A DNA stretch of 55,946 nt from a virus. The stretch's first letter is position 1; every line of letters begins with the position of its first letter. The notes under the pieces were generated by a model. That model was not told where the DNA came from. It was given only the letters and a program-made list of their open reading frames with translations, and did no database searches. Positions 17,306 to 26,818 of the stretch are shown in pieces. Location of the stretch: the IMG/VR virus record IMGVR_UViG_3300050504_000274; one strand, given 5' to 3'. A program made the translations under genes and the position numbers.

Positions 17306-17438
17306 CTTCGGATCCTCGTAGCTCTGCGGTTGTTTGTTCGGGTGAGGGCCTCGCACCCTCTCGGCGGACTTTTCGGGCACCGCTGCAACCACGGTCGGAT
17401 GTTCGGGATCAGCTCGCCTACTTAGTCCGACCGATTGC

Positions 17439-17957
17439 TCAGCCGTTCGGGAAGAACTGCTTGTAGGCGGCGTCCCCGATGGCTTCCCTGATGGCGGCCT
17501 CGTCGAGCGAGGGCTCCCAGGAGTACACGGTGTACTCGAAGGGCTCCCCCGTCTTCTCGTCCTTTGACTTCTTGCTCGTCCGCGACCGGGCGGTGACGAC
17601 CGTCACCAGGCCGATCATGTCGGACTTCTCGCCCTCGTCGATGATCCGCTTCGCGACGGACTCGTCGACGTTCTCGTCGTCCACGTTCAGCACGTTGGCG
17701 ATGAAGGCCTTCAGGTTGCGCTGGAAGACCTCCCGCATCTCCGCGGTGTTCGTGTACTTGAAGAACGTGTGGACGATCTCGCCCGGCTTGTGGTCGCCGT
17801 CGACCACGGCCAGGACGGTCAGCGTGTTCTTCCAGAACTCGCCCTTGTCCGAGTCGAACATCTCGCACTTGTCGATGCGAGCGACGACCTTGCCCGGACG
17901 GAGCGGGTTGCTGTTGAACCCGCGCTTCGCGTCTCTCAGACCTGTGAATGCACCCAT
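17439..17957 (-). CDS. Hypothetical protein (172 aa), possibly DUF669/SSB-like
   Basis: Clean ORF with its own promoter. The size, position in the replication module and acidic C-terminal half suggest a ssDNA-binding-type protein. Function is low confidence. Confidence 0.7.
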   Translation of the reverse strand: MGAFTGLRDAKRGFNSNPLRPGKVVARIDKCEMFDSDKGEFWKNTLTVLAVVDGDHKPGEIVHTFFKYTNTAEMREVFQRNLKAFIANVLNVDDENVDESVAKRIIDEGEKSDMIGLVTVVTARSRTSKKSKDEKTGEPFEYTVYSWEPSLDEAAIREAIGDAAYKQFFPNG

Positions 17958-18014
17958 GTCTTTGTTCTCGTTCTTGACTCTCGTGTAGGATCGTGAATTG
18001 TGCAGGTGTGCCCC

Positions 18015-18042
18015 AGTATATCGGAATCGGGACTGGAGTCAA
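18015..18042 (-). promoter_or_regulatory. Sigma70-like promoter TTGACT-N16-TATACT
   Basis: -35 at 18037-18042 and -10 at 18015-18020 (minus sense), in the 103-bp gap upstream of the gene at 17957. Confidence 0.55.
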
Positions 18043-18060
18043 GGAGTCTTTCCCGGATTC

Positions 18061-18372
18061 CTAGTACCTGCCGATGAACCTCGTGCCCGGCCCCTCCGGC
18101 GCGTCGACCTGGAGGAAGAGGTACCTGCCGTTCTGGCAGTCCCCTACGAACGCCAGCTCCTTGCCGTCCGGCTGATCCGGCAGAGCGTCGCCCTGGCTCA
18201 GCATGACGAAGGTCTCAGACTCCTGCGGCCGCGTGGGGTCGACCAGGGCCGACATGACGACCGTGTAGTCGTTCGGTCCGGCGCGCACCGAGAGCGGGCA
18301 CCAGCCGTCCGGCATCAGCATCGGCGTGACCGAGGACCAGCGCTGTAGGACATATTCTTGAACGCACCTCAT
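18061..18372 (-). CDS. Hypothetical protein (103 aa)
   Basis: MRCVQEYVLQRWSSVTPMLMPDGW... ATGA overlap with the SNF2 stop. This is the only non-biased part of track ORF 18061..19374. Confidence 0.7.
   Translation of the reverse strand: MRCVQEYVLQRWSSVTPMLMPDGWCPLSVRAGPNDYTVVMSALVDPTRPQESETFVMLSQGDALPDQPDGKELAFVGDCQNGRYLFLQVDAPEGPGTRFIGRY
18125..18139. promoter_or_regulatory. CTGCCGTTCTGGCAG palindrome inside the 3' end of a coding region, ~85 bp upstream of the 18.0-kb promoter
   Basis: Perfect CTGCC-N5-GGCAG, the same family as the sites at 6.4 kb and 34.8-35.2 kb. Confidence 0.35.
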
Positions 18373-20429
18373 CGCACCCTCTCCATCGGCCCGAACTTCT
18401 CCTCCAGCGCCGCGCGGGCCTGCGCGTCGAGCTGGCTCACGTCCACGAACCCCCGCTCGCGCAGGAAGTCGATCGGATACACCTTCGGCAGCGGGTCGTG
18501 CGAGCAGATCACGAGCTTCTGCCGCGCGCCCGTGGTCTGGTGGATGTACAGCGCGTCGACGATGCAGGCCGCCATGTTCAGGTGGTCGAACGTCAGCGTG
18601 TTCATCGTGTGCGCGACCAGCTCGTCGGCCGGCTGCCCGTTGCGGTGCGTGCGCCCGAGCACCTGCTCGATTAGGTCGGCCTTGCGCGGGAAGTCGATGA
18701 AGAGCTGGTTGTAGAATTCGTGCTGGAGGTTCTTGCCCGTGCCATGGCCGCCCATCGAGATCACGAGTAGGCGCCGCGCGCCCGGCTTGTGCTCGACCAG
18801 CTCGTTCGAGCCCTTCCGCACCGACTCCGACGGCGCCCACGTGGCGCGGACGCCCGCGGCCTCGAGCGCGTCGCAGAGCCACCGCCCCACCTCGTCGTGG
18901 TGGAACCAGATCAGGCCGCCCTCCGGCTCCTTCCGGTCCTGGAGTGCTCTGGCCCACTCGATCGCGTGGCGGACCTTGTAGTCGCAGACGCGCACCGGCT
19001 CGGAGAGGCGCTCCGGCATCCCCTCGAACTCGAGGTCCTTCGCCTCGCGCCACGCGCCGTACAGCTCCGCGCCGACGTCCCGGTCGCCGTGCTGCGCCAT
19101 GTTCGCGCCGATGAGCAGCGGCGTGTCGAGGCGCGGCCTGCCCTTGTACTCGATCCAGCGGCGCAGCTTCTTGCTGTACTCCTGGTGCGCCTCGTGGTGC
19201 AGCCTCGCGAGCGCGAGGTGCTCCCTCGCGCCCTCGCGCGTGAGGCCGCGGCGCAGGACCAGCTCGTCCTCCGTCGGCCAGCGGAGGTGGTAGTAAAAGC
19301 CGCTCGTCAGCTCGTAGAGGTAGCGCCACTTCTGGAAGCCCCACTCGATCTCGTCGCCGGAGGGCGTGCGCCACAGCTCCTCCACGTCGTCCATCAGGCG
19401 CTTCAGCCGCCTGTACTCGTCGGTGTCCTGCACCGCCGGCAGCGGCACGGGGAGGTTCTGGATCGTGAGCGACACCCCGATCTCGTTGTCCCCGGTCGCC
19501 ACCACCCCTGGCGAGCTGTTGAGCCGCAGGCGGTACGCCTTGCGGAACCCGGGCACGCCCTTAGGCAGGTCCTCGCCCGGGAAGCACCGGCGGCTCCAGT
19601 CGATCAGCGGGGCGATCGGCCCGGTCTGCGCGACACTGGGGTCCGCCGTCGCGTCGAGCACGTACGACCAGTTGCTCGCGAGGGCCTGGTCCAGCGGCAG
19701 CGGGCTGCGCTCCCGCAGCGCGTAGGTGATGAGGTGGTGGTAGTCGCCGATCGACTTCGACGTGATCGTGCCGGAGAGCGCCACCACGCGCGGCTGCCTG
19801 GCCCTCAGGTAGCGCAGGATCCGCGTCGTGCGCGCGGCCTTCTGGTTCTTGACCGCGTGCGCCTCGTCGAAGATGAGGAGGTCGGGCTCGATCCCGGTCA
19901 GCACCGCCTCGGCGTCCTTCGTCGAGAGCTGCGAGTACGGTATCACGTAGCAGCCGCGCTTCCTCGAGGCGGCCGCGCTGGCGCGGGACGAGGCGTCCCG
20001 GCCGCCCATGAGCACGAACGGCACGCGCAGGCCGACGCGGCGCCGCGCCCACGGGATGTCTCGCTGCGTGAGCTGCGAGTAGACTTGCGAGGGCACGAAC
20101 AGGATCGAGCGCTCCGACTCGCGGCGCTCGAAGGCCCGGTTCGCGATCATCAGCGTGATGAGCGTCTTGCCCCAGCCGACGCCGATCGGGAAGAACCCGC
20201 CGCCGTAGATGTCCCACGCGAGCACGCCGCCGACCTGCGTGTTGAACAGGCGGAAGCCCTCGTCGAAGAACTTGGCGTCGACCTCCTGCCGGCAGAACTC
20301 CTCGACCTCCTCCGGCGTCGGGAGCAGGACGACCGGCAGCGAGACTATGCGGTGGATCTCCAGGGAGTCCGCCGTGTCTCGCCGCCGGTTCTGCCTGGCG
20401 CGAGCGAACGGGTCGCTCGTCGCGCTCAC
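18369..20429 (-). CDS. SNF2/RAD54-family helicase
   Basis: GVGWGKTLI (motif I), LLIFDEAHAVKN (DEAH box) and QVLGRTHRNGQ (motif VI). GTG start with GTGA overlap. Confidence 0.9.
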   Translation of the reverse strand: MSATSDPFARARQNRRRDTADSLEIHRIVSLPVVLLPTPEEVEEFCRQEVDAKFFDEGFRLFNTQVGGVLAWDIYGGGFFPIGVGWGKTLITLMIANRAFERRESERSILFVPSQVYSQLTQRDIPWARRRVGLRVPFVLMGGRDASSRASAAASRKRGCYVIPYSQLSTKDAEAVLTGIEPDLLIFDEAHAVKNQKAARTTRILRYLRARQPRVVALSGTITSKSIGDYHHLITYALRERSPLPLDQALASNWSYVLDATADPSVAQTGPIAPLIDWSRRCFPGEDLPKGVPGFRKAYRLRLNSSPGVVATGDNEIGVSLTIQNLPVPLPAVQDTDEYRRLKRLMDDVEELWRTPSGDEIEWGFQKWRYLYELTSGFYYHLRWPTEDELVLRRGLTREGAREHLALARLHHEAHQEYSKKLRRWIEYKGRPRLDTPLLIGANMAQHGDRDVGAELYGAWREAKDLEFEGMPERLSEPVRVCDYKVRHAIEWARALQDRKEPEGGLIWFHHDEVGRWLCDALEAAGVRATWAPSESVRKGSNELVEHKPGARRLLVISMGGHGTGKNLQHEFYNQLFIDFPRKADLIEQVLGRTHRNGQPADELVAHTMNTLTFDHLNMAACIVDALYIHQTTGARQKLVICSHDPLPKVYPIDFLRERGFVDVSQLDAQARAALEEKFGPMERVR

Positions 20430-20623
20430 TGCGGGACTCGCCCCCGCGGCCGCAGCTTTCGGATCCCCGCGGCGCGCAGGATCCTCGTCAGGGTCGTGAG
20501 GGACATCCGCCGCGGCAGCCCCTTCGGCGGGCTCTTCCGGATCTCCCGGAGCGTCTCGCCTGCCCTGTACCGCCTCGCGATGCTGCGCTCCTGGCGCAGC
20601 GTCGTCTCGATCATCGCCGTCAT
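20426..20623 (-). CDS. Small helix-turn-helix DNA-binding protein (65 aa)
   Basis: AGGAGG 6 nt upstream of ATG 20623. IARRYRAGETLREI...LTTLTRILRAAG resembles a resolvase/sigma-region-4-type HTH. Confidence 0.65.
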   Translation of the reverse strand: MTAMIETTLRQERSIARRYRAGETLREIRKSPPKGLPRRMSLTTLTRILRAAGIRKLRPRGRVPQ

Positions 20624-20649
20624 TCCTTGCCTCCTGGTGGTCGCCGAGA

Positions 20650-22602
20650 TCATCCCAGGCGCTCGAGGACCGTCTCGGCGAACGGCTCGAGTGCGTTGAA
20701 GAGCGCCACGAGGTCGAAGTCGTTCGTGCCGCCGGGGAAGACCACGATGGTCCGCCCGAGCGCCTCGGCGACCTTCTCGCCCCGCTCCTTCAGCCTGTCC
20801 TTCCGCTTGTGCGGGTCCAGCGCCCAGTAGGACTCCGCCATCATGTCGGTGGCCATCTCGGCCCCGACCTTGTTCATCAGGTCCGCCGCCATGACGACGG
20901 GCCGGTCCGCCCCCTTGAGCTGCACCACGCCGAGGTAGAGCGAGAGCCCCACCCGCGGGCGCCCCCGGCCGTCCTTCGGCCTCCGGTCCACGACGGGCGC
21001 CTCGACCGCGGGCGGCTCGGGGCTCGGCGCCGGGGCCGCAGGAGCGGGCGCCGGGGCCGCCGCCTTCGGGGCGGCCTTCGGAGCGGGCGGAGGGGCCGCC
21101 GGCGCTGGCGCCGGGGCCGCGGCGGGGGCCGAGACCTTGACGCCCGACTGCGCCCACTCCAGGGCCGCGCCCATCGCCGCCAGCGCCTCGGCCCTGTCCT
21201 CGCGGGCCACCGCGACCGCGCCCTCGTCGGTGATCTCGACGTGGTACGCCTCGCTGCTCGGGCGGCCGTCCTTCGCGGCCGTCTTGTCGCAGATCATGCA
21301 CGGGCGGCCCTCCTTGTTCATGCCGATGCCCTTGCACACCGGGCAGCTCGGCCGCGCCCACGGGGCGCCGCCGGTGACCGACGCCTGCGGCGCGGTCGGG
21401 CCGGAGTTGATCGCCGGGGCCGCCGGCTGCGGGGCGGCCGGGGCCGCCTGGGCCTTCGGCGCGGCCGGAGCCGGCGCCTGGGCCGCTGTCTGCGCGGCTC
21501 GCGCCGCCTTCTGCTTCTTCGCACGCTCGAAAAGGTCCACGTTGCCTCCTGTGTCTTTCTTGTCCTTCTTCCGCTTCGGCTCGAGCCCGAGGTTCGGGCG
21601 CTGACGCTCCGCGCGGTCCTTGGTCTGTCTCTCGATTCGCTTAGTATACCCCGCCACCGTCTCGCGGCGAGAACATATCCCCTGGAAAGGGCAGCCCCCG
21701 TACTGCGAGCACACGTCCGTCGTCTCGGGTCCCGGCGCGTCCTCCCACCGCTTGATCCCCCTGACGGCCAGCATGCCCCGCCCGACCTCCTGGAGGAACT
21801 CCCAGTGCTTGGACAATCTCTTCGACGAGACGAGCGCCGAGACTTTACGGACTCCCCTCGGGTCCCTGAACTTAGGGAACTGGTTGTGCCGCACGAAGAC
21901 TGGGCCGTCGTACCCGTCGAGGCGCGACGTCGCGGCCGCGTAGGTGAGGAGCTGCTGGTTGTGCCCCACGCAGTTGGGGCTCGTGCCGTCGCCCGGGGAG
22001 TAGGGCTCCTGGATCTGCTCGTACTGGTCGATCTCGTTCTGCGGCCCAGGCTGCTTGAGGTAGCGCACCGAGGACTCCCCGAAGGACTTGTGGTCGTGGA
22101 CCTCCGGGGCCGAGACGATGTACTTCGTCCCGTCGGGCTGGTGGACGACCGTCTCCGCCGGCCGGAACCAGTCCACGTAGCCGAGCAGCTCCACGCCGTC
22201 GACCAGCGGCAGGCGGACCTCGCGCTCGACCTGCACCTTCGGGTCGCGGGACAGGACCCCCTTCTCCACCGCGTCGGCGAGCAGGTCGCGGATGAGCTTC
22301 GCCTCGTTCGGCGTCACGCTGGCCGCCGCGCCGCGCTCCTCGACGGTCTCCCATCCGGAGGGGAAGGGGTCGACCGCCGCTCCGGCGGCCTGGCCCGCCA
22401 GGACCTCGGGCACCGGGGACGGCACGCGCCCCTGCGCGTCGGCCGCCTTCCAGCGCTCGATGCAGCCGTGCAGCACTGTGCCGAAGGTGAAGTAGCCGCG
22501 CTGCTCCTCGGGCAGCCGCGCGACGCGCTTGAGCCACCAGCGGCGCCTACACGCCGTGAAATCCTCGACCTGCGAGGCGGAGGTGACGAGCGGCTCGCTC
22601 AC
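20650..22602 (-). CDS. Cas4/RecB-like PD-(D/E)XK nuclease fused to Ala/Pro linkers, a zinc ribbon, an AT-hook and an unknown C-terminal domain (650 aa)
   Basis: GTG 22602 (GGAGGAGGA upstream, GTGA overlap). The N-terminus has FTACRRRWWLK...GTVLHGCIE...LLGYVDW...EVHDHK plus a C-terminal Cys cluster CSQYGGCPFQGIC. Then CPVCKGIGMNKEGRPCMICD, then KDGRGRPRV. Confidence 0.8.
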   Translation of the reverse strand: MSEPLVTSASQVEDFTACRRRWWLKRVARLPEEQRGYFTFGTVLHGCIERWKAADAQGRVPSPVPEVLAGQAAGAAVDPFPSGWETVEERGAAASVTPNEAKLIRDLLADAVEKGVLSRDPKVQVEREVRLPLVDGVELLGYVDWFRPAETVVHQPDGTKYIVSAPEVHDHKSFGESSVRYLKQPGPQNEIDQYEQIQEPYSPGDGTSPNCVGHNQQLLTYAAATSRLDGYDGPVFVRHNQFPKFRDPRGVRKVSALVSSKRLSKHWEFLQEVGRGMLAVRGIKRWEDAPGPETTDVCSQYGGCPFQGICSRRETVAGYTKRIERQTKDRAERQRPNLGLEPKRKKDKKDTGGNVDLFERAKKQKAARAAQTAAQAPAPAAPKAQAAPAAPQPAAPAINSGPTAPQASVTGGAPWARPSCPVCKGIGMNKEGRPCMICDKTAAKDGRPSSEAYHVEITDEGAVAVAREDRAEALAAMGAALEWAQSGVKVSAPAAAPAPAPAAPPPAPKAAPKAAAPAPAPAAPAPSPEPPAVEAPVVDRRPKDGRGRPRVGLSLYLGVVQLKGADRPVVMAADLMNKVGAEMATDMMAESYWALDPHKRKDRLKERGEKVAEALGRTIVVFPGGTNDFDLVALFNALEPFAETVLERLG

Positions 22603-25262
22603 CGGTCCTCCTCCCCGTTGCGCGAGATGATCTGCGTCGCCAGGGCCTCGCCGCCGGGCTGCGTGCGGAGGAGTCGCTCGATGCGCTCGCACGCCATGCC
22701 GTAGCGCAGGCCCTCCTCGAACACCACGGCCAGATTCACCTCGATCCAGCGGCCGCGCTCCTGGCCCTTCGGCCGGCGCTTCTGCGTCTCGCCGTCGTAC
22801 TCGTGCGCGGCGAACTGGCGCAGCACCGCAGCGCACTTGCTGAGGCTCACGCGCTCGGGGATCATGGACGTGGGCGAGCCGATGTAGTCGACCACGCCGG
22901 ACGCGGTGACCCAGACGTAGCCACCCTCGCAGTGCACGCCGCGCCGCTCGCCGGGCGACTCGACCATCCTCACGATCGCCTTCAGCACGGCCTGCGAGGC
23001 CTGCGTGCGCAGCCGCATCGAGCGCACCATGCTGGTGTGGACCTCGCCCTCGACTAGCAGGCGGTTCGTCCCGCGCCGACTCGGGGTGCGGTTCGCGTAG
23101 AGCCAGGCGACGTGGTTCGCGACCACGTACCTGCTCGGCTCGCGGCCGCCGACCCAGCCCGAGGTGTAGGCGTAGTTGCCGCGCGAGGTGAGCAGGTCGC
23201 GGGCGCGGTGGCCGACCTCGACCGAGAGCAGCCGCACCTCGATCGCGCGGACGTCCTCGTCGGTGAGGTCGCGGTGCCCGACGATCGAGCGCAGCATGTC
23301 GCGGTCGTTGCCGGTGAACAGGATCCGCGGGTAGACGCTCGCGTTGAACGGGTCGCGGTACATCGAGCGGATCGTGAGCCGGCCGCCAGAGACGAACGCG
23401 CGGAAGGCCTGGTCGATCGGGAGCGACTCGTCGGACTGGATCTGCGGCAGGCCCTCGTCGCAGTTGATGACCGGCGAGTGGAGGAGGCCCTCGTTGAACT
23501 TGCCGAGCGCGCGGCCGTCGTTCGACCGCTCGCCCTCGAAGCACTCGGCGAGACCCTGCGCCAGCATCCCCTTGCCGGCCCCGCTCGCGCCGTAGAGGTT
23601 GAGCGCGCAGATCGGCGCGGTGACGTCGAGCGCCCACGAGAGCCACTCGACGAGGAGGTCGGACTTCTCGCCGGCCATAGCCTCGAGCCACTCCTGCACC
23701 TGGGCGCTGTACTCGCCGCCCCTCCGCAGCCGCGGGTTCAGCCGGTGCACCGGCAGGTGCAGGACGCGCGCGCCCTGGTCGCCGTCGATGTACGCGAAGG
23801 AGTCGCGCGACGAGCAGGACACCGAGGAGATCGGGGTGGCGTGGTCGTTCAGGATCGACTGCGCGCTCCGCGGAACCCACGCCCTGCCGCGCAGCTCGGA
23901 GGTCTCGATCACGTCCTCCATGCCCAGCTCGCGGATCATCGGCACGAGCATGGAGTCGCCGCACGGCCGCACGTTGTACGTGGAGTCGGGGCGCATCACG
24001 TAGTGGTTCCGGCCGTCGCTCGCGACCATCCGCTGGCGCAGCCACTCCTCCGCGTCCGCCGGCGACTGCGGCACGGAGAGGGGCTGGTCCTTCCTCACGA
24101 TCGCCATGATCTCCTCGCGCACGCCCTTGGCCCGCTGGAGGCTGCGCTCGCGCTCCTCGTTCGCCGCCTGGATCTGGGCCTGCTCGCTCGCCCACATCCG
24201 GCACACGATGTCCCACGCCTTCGGGAGCCACTGGGTCTCGCGGGCGCCGGAGTCCTCGTCGGCCTGGAGCTGCTGGAGCGCCGGCACCAGCAGCGCGAAC
24301 ACGCCCTCTGGCGTCGCGCTCTCGATGCGCGCCGTCATGCCGACGACCTGGCCGACGAGCCGGGTCACGCCGTTGTTCCAGCCCCTCGATACGTCGACCT
24401 TCCCGTCCTCGAAGCACGCGGCGTAGGCCTCGCGGCCCTGGAGGTACTTCTGTGCCTCGCGCCCGAAGTCGGTCGGCACCTCGCGGCCGTTGCTCGACCG
24501 CCTGAGGACCAGCTCCCGGCACTCGTCCGGGTCCGGCATGTCGGCCCGGTACGGCACGACCTGGGCGAACTCGTCCTGAGCCGCGGCCGTCACCTGGATC
24601 GTCGAGGCGTCGAGCGCCGGGCCGCCGCCGAGGTACCTGAACATGGGGTCCGTCGAGAAGCTCGCGCCGGTGTCCGCGCGCGTCGCTCCGGGCAGGCGGA
24701 AGAGGCGCGTCCAGTCCTTGCACGCCGGGTCGAGCTGGACCCCCTGCGCGGCGAAGCGCGCCATCATCTCGGCGCACAGCGGCTCGGCCTCCAGGTGGCT
24801 CACAGGCGCCGCGAGCGCGTACACGAAGCGGCAGCCGTGCAGCGTGGTGTACCAGTAGGTCGGGGAAGGGAGGTCGGCCCCGGCGAGCACCTGCACGAAC
24901 TCGCCGAGGCCTTCCTCGGTCCAGACGGTCTTTGATCCGTCCGGATTCTTGGGTAGGTCGTAGTCGAAGAGCAGCACCGATACGTCGATCCGGCCGCCGA
25001 GCAGCGCCAGCTCCGCCGCGATCGGGGCGCGCTTGTTCGCGCGGGCGTAGCAGCGGTCTCCGTCCTCGTCGACCAGCGCGTACGAGACGACGTGGGCGTC
25101 CCGGTCCCACTCGCGCGACATCGCCTCCGACAGCGGGAGGTGCTCGTCGCACATCACGCGCGAGGCCCTGTTCTGGTCGGCCAGGTCCGCGAGCACGCCG
25201 GCGCCGGGGTGGCGCTCGCGGTCGAAGATCACTCCGACGATCGGATCCGGTGCAGGTTCCAT
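22599..25262 (-). CDS. Primase-polymerase (AEP-like) fused to an SF3 (D5/P4-type) helicase
   Basis: 887 aa. VLLFDYDLPK and TTLHGCRF are AEP-like motifs. Walker A YGASGAGKG. Walker B VINCDEG. Confidence 0.85.
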   Translation of the reverse strand: MEPAPDPIVGVIFDRERHPGAGVLADLADQNRASRVMCDEHLPLSEAMSREWDRDAHVVSYALVDEDGDRCYARANKRAPIAAELALLGGRIDVSVLLFDYDLPKNPDGSKTVWTEEGLGEFVQVLAGADLPSPTYWYTTLHGCRFVYALAAPVSHLEAEPLCAEMMARFAAQGVQLDPACKDWTRLFRLPGATRADTGASFSTDPMFRYLGGGPALDASTIQVTAAAQDEFAQVVPYRADMPDPDECRELVLRRSSNGREVPTDFGREAQKYLQGREAYAACFEDGKVDVSRGWNNGVTRLVGQVVGMTARIESATPEGVFALLVPALQQLQADEDSGARETQWLPKAWDIVCRMWASEQAQIQAANEERERSLQRAKGVREEIMAIVRKDQPLSVPQSPADAEEWLRQRMVASDGRNHYVMRPDSTYNVRPCGDSMLVPMIRELGMEDVIETSELRGRAWVPRSAQSILNDHATPISSVSCSSRDSFAYIDGDQGARVLHLPVHRLNPRLRRGGEYSAQVQEWLEAMAGEKSDLLVEWLSWALDVTAPICALNLYGASGAGKGMLAQGLAECFEGERSNDGRALGKFNEGLLHSPVINCDEGLPQIQSDESLPIDQAFRAFVSGGRLTIRSMYRDPFNASVYPRILFTGNDRDMLRSIVGHRDLTDEDVRAIEVRLLSVEVGHRARDLLTSRGNYAYTSGWVGGREPSRYVVANHVAWLYANRTPSRRGTNRLLVEGEVHTSMVRSMRLRTQASQAVLKAIVRMVESPGERRGVHCEGGYVWVTASGVVDYIGSPTSMIPERVSLSKCAAVLRQFAAHEYDGETQKRRPKGQERGRWIEVNLAVVFEEGLRYGMACERIERLLRTQPGGEALATQIISRNGEEDR

Positions 25263-25281
25263 GTCGCTCAGGGGAGGCTGC

Positions 25282-25309
25282 GGCCGGCGCGTCGCTCGTC
25301 GCGCCGGCC
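25282..25309 (-). promoter_or_regulatory. Strong GC hairpin in the predicted 5' UTR of the primase-helicase gene
   Basis: Perfect 10-bp arms ggccggcgcg / cgcgccggcc with an 8-nt loop, between the predicted promoter (25347-25374) and the ATG at 25262. Confidence 0.45.
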
Positions 25310-25346
25310 CCAGTGGGCTCTCGCCCAGCCGCGGAGCAGTCCCCTC

Positions 25347-25374
25347 ATACTACTCCGACTCGGCCCTCGGTCAA
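25347..25374 (-). promoter_or_regulatory. Sigma70-like promoter TTGACC-N16-TAGTAT
   Basis: -35 at 25369-25374 and -10 at 25347-25352 (minus sense), in the 121-bp gap between the HD gene and the primase gene. Confidence 0.5.
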
Positions 25375-25383
25375 GCGGTTGTC

Positions 25384-25956
25384 TCAGAAGCCCTCGAGCC
25401 CGAGCTGGCTCGCGCGCTTCTTGAAGGCGAAGCGGGCGGTGCGAGGGTCGTGCGCCCAGACCTTCGCGATCGCGGGCGCGTCGAGGGCGACCCGGTGGTC
25501 GACCCAGCCCACGCCCTCCGGCAGGAGGTAGTGCGCCTCCAGGTGGAGCGCGCGGGTGTCGTAGACCTTCACGCGCGGCCAGATCCACGAGTCCTCCGGC
25601 GGGAGCCCGAGGTCCTCGCGCACCGCGGCCTGGATCCTCGCCTCCCAGGCCTCGTGCTCCGGAAGATCGATCTTGAACGGGCTCGGGAAGTCGCCGCAGT
25701 ACGCCTCGTGGGCGTCGTGCAGGAGCGCGCACTGCTGCACCACCAGCGGCTCGCCGGCCGCCTCGGCCAGCACCGAGACCAGCACCGAGTGCTCGGCCAC
25801 GGAGTAGAACTCGCGGACGTGCCCGAGGTAGCGGCAGATCATCGACAGCGCGTGCGTGACGTCCTCGCGCTCGAAGTTGCAGTGCGAGTCGAGCGAGAAG
25901 AACTTCCGGCCGCTGACCGTCGTGATGTAGCCGTGCTTCTTCGCGGGGTGCTCCAT
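25384..25956 (-). CDS. HD-domain phosphohydrolase (5'-deoxynucleotidase/dNTPase-like)
   Basis: SVAEHSVLV (His) and ALLHDAHEAYCGDFPSP (HD...D). Start set to ATG 25956 (MEHPAKK), which shares one base with the upstream stop. Confidence 0.8.
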   Translation of the reverse strand: MEHPAKKHGYITTVSGRKFFSLDSHCNFEREDVTHALSMICRYLGHVREFYSVAEHSVLVSVLAEAAGEPLVVQQCALLHDAHEAYCGDFPSPFKIDLPEHEAWEARIQAAVREDLGLPPEDSWIWPRVKVYDTRALHLEAHYLLPEGVGWVDHRVALDAPAIAKVWAHDPRTARFAFKKRASQLGLEGF

Positions 25957-26360
25957 CAGTCGTCCGATCCGCACGGCGTGGCGTCGTCGCGCACGTCGAA
26001 GTCGTCGGGCTGCTCGGCCTGGGGCGGCGGCATCAGGTCGCCGCGCATGGTGCTCAGGTACACGTGGTTGCCGGCCTCCGCCCGGACCGTGAGGCCGCCG
26101 AGCGAGCTGCGGACCTCGAGCCCCAGCGCCCCGTCCGCGCCGCGACCGATCCTCACGTGAATCTTGTGGGCGCGCAGATACTTGTCTTCGCCCAAGTCGA
26201 ACACCACGTCGGCGTTCTTGTGTATGTCGAACGAGGAGAGCGAGTCGTCCTCCTCGCTCCTCACGATCACGTCGATCGACTCCTCGGTCCTCGGCAATCT
26301 CCGCTCGCCCATCGCAGTCGCCCCCAGCCGCGCGTAGCGGCCCGTAGTCGTCAGGTCCAT
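25956..26360 (-). CDS. Hypothetical acidic protein (134 aa)
   Basis: MDLTTTGRYARLGATAMGERRLPRTEESIDVIVRSEEDD... ATGA overlap with the lipoprotein gene stop. Confidence 0.65.
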   Translation of the reverse strand: MDLTTTGRYARLGATAMGERRLPRTEESIDVIVRSEEDDSLSSFDIHKNADVVFDLGEDKYLRAHKIHVRIGRGADGALGLEVRSSLGGLTVRAEAGNHVYLSTMRGDLMPPPQAEQPDDFDVRDDATPCGSDD

Positions 26361-26812
26361 CACCGCCTCCACGTCAGCCCGAACAACACCACCTCGCCCC
26401 TGTCGGAGAGCAGGTCGACGCCGATCGAGCACTCGCGCGTCAGTCGCTTCTCGATCCCGAGCCGCGCGTAGGGCGTCAGCTCGTCGGTGGCCCCGAGCGC
26501 GACGTGCGCCCAGTCGGCCAACTCCACCCGCAGGCCGAGGCGGCCCAGCACGTCCTCCTCGTCCTCGACCCTCTCCCCGTACCTGTTCCGCCAGGGCTTG
26601 CCGTTCTTCTTCTTGAGGGGCACGCGCTCCGTCTCCTCCGAGGACCGCCGCTCGACCGAGGCCTCCACCTCCAGGCTCCCTCCGGTCCCCCTGACCGGGG
26701 CGAGAGCGCCGACCTCGGCCGAGCGGCCGCCTCCCGCGACCCACGCGGAGTTCGGAGCGGCGCACGCGGCGCAGCTCATCAGGACTGCCAGCAGCAGAGA
26801 GTTGTTCTTCAT
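26360..26812 (-). CDS. Predicted lipoprotein (150 aa)
   Basis: MKNNSLLLAVLMSCAACAAP is a signal peptide with a lipobox-like LMSC/AAC. Alternating beta-like C-terminal segments. Has its own promoter. Confidence 0.75.
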   Translation of the reverse strand: MKNNSLLLAVLMSCAACAAPNSAWVAGGGRSAEVGALAPVRGTGGSLEVEASVERRSSEETERVPLKKKNGKPWRNRYGERVEDEEDVLGRLGLRVELADWAHVALGATDELTPYARLGIEKRLTRECSIGVDLLSDRGEVVLFGLTWRR

Positions 26813-26818
26813 GGAGGA

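Noticed and set aside
20650-25152. 1500-aa ORF in the track that would be the largest early protein
   Set aside because: Only its last 650 aa (from GTG 22602) have protein-like composition. The first 850 aa are Arg/Gly/Pro/Ala-rich, read in an alternative frame of the convincing primase-helicase gene 22599..25262. This is a GC-bias open frame, not a giant fusion.
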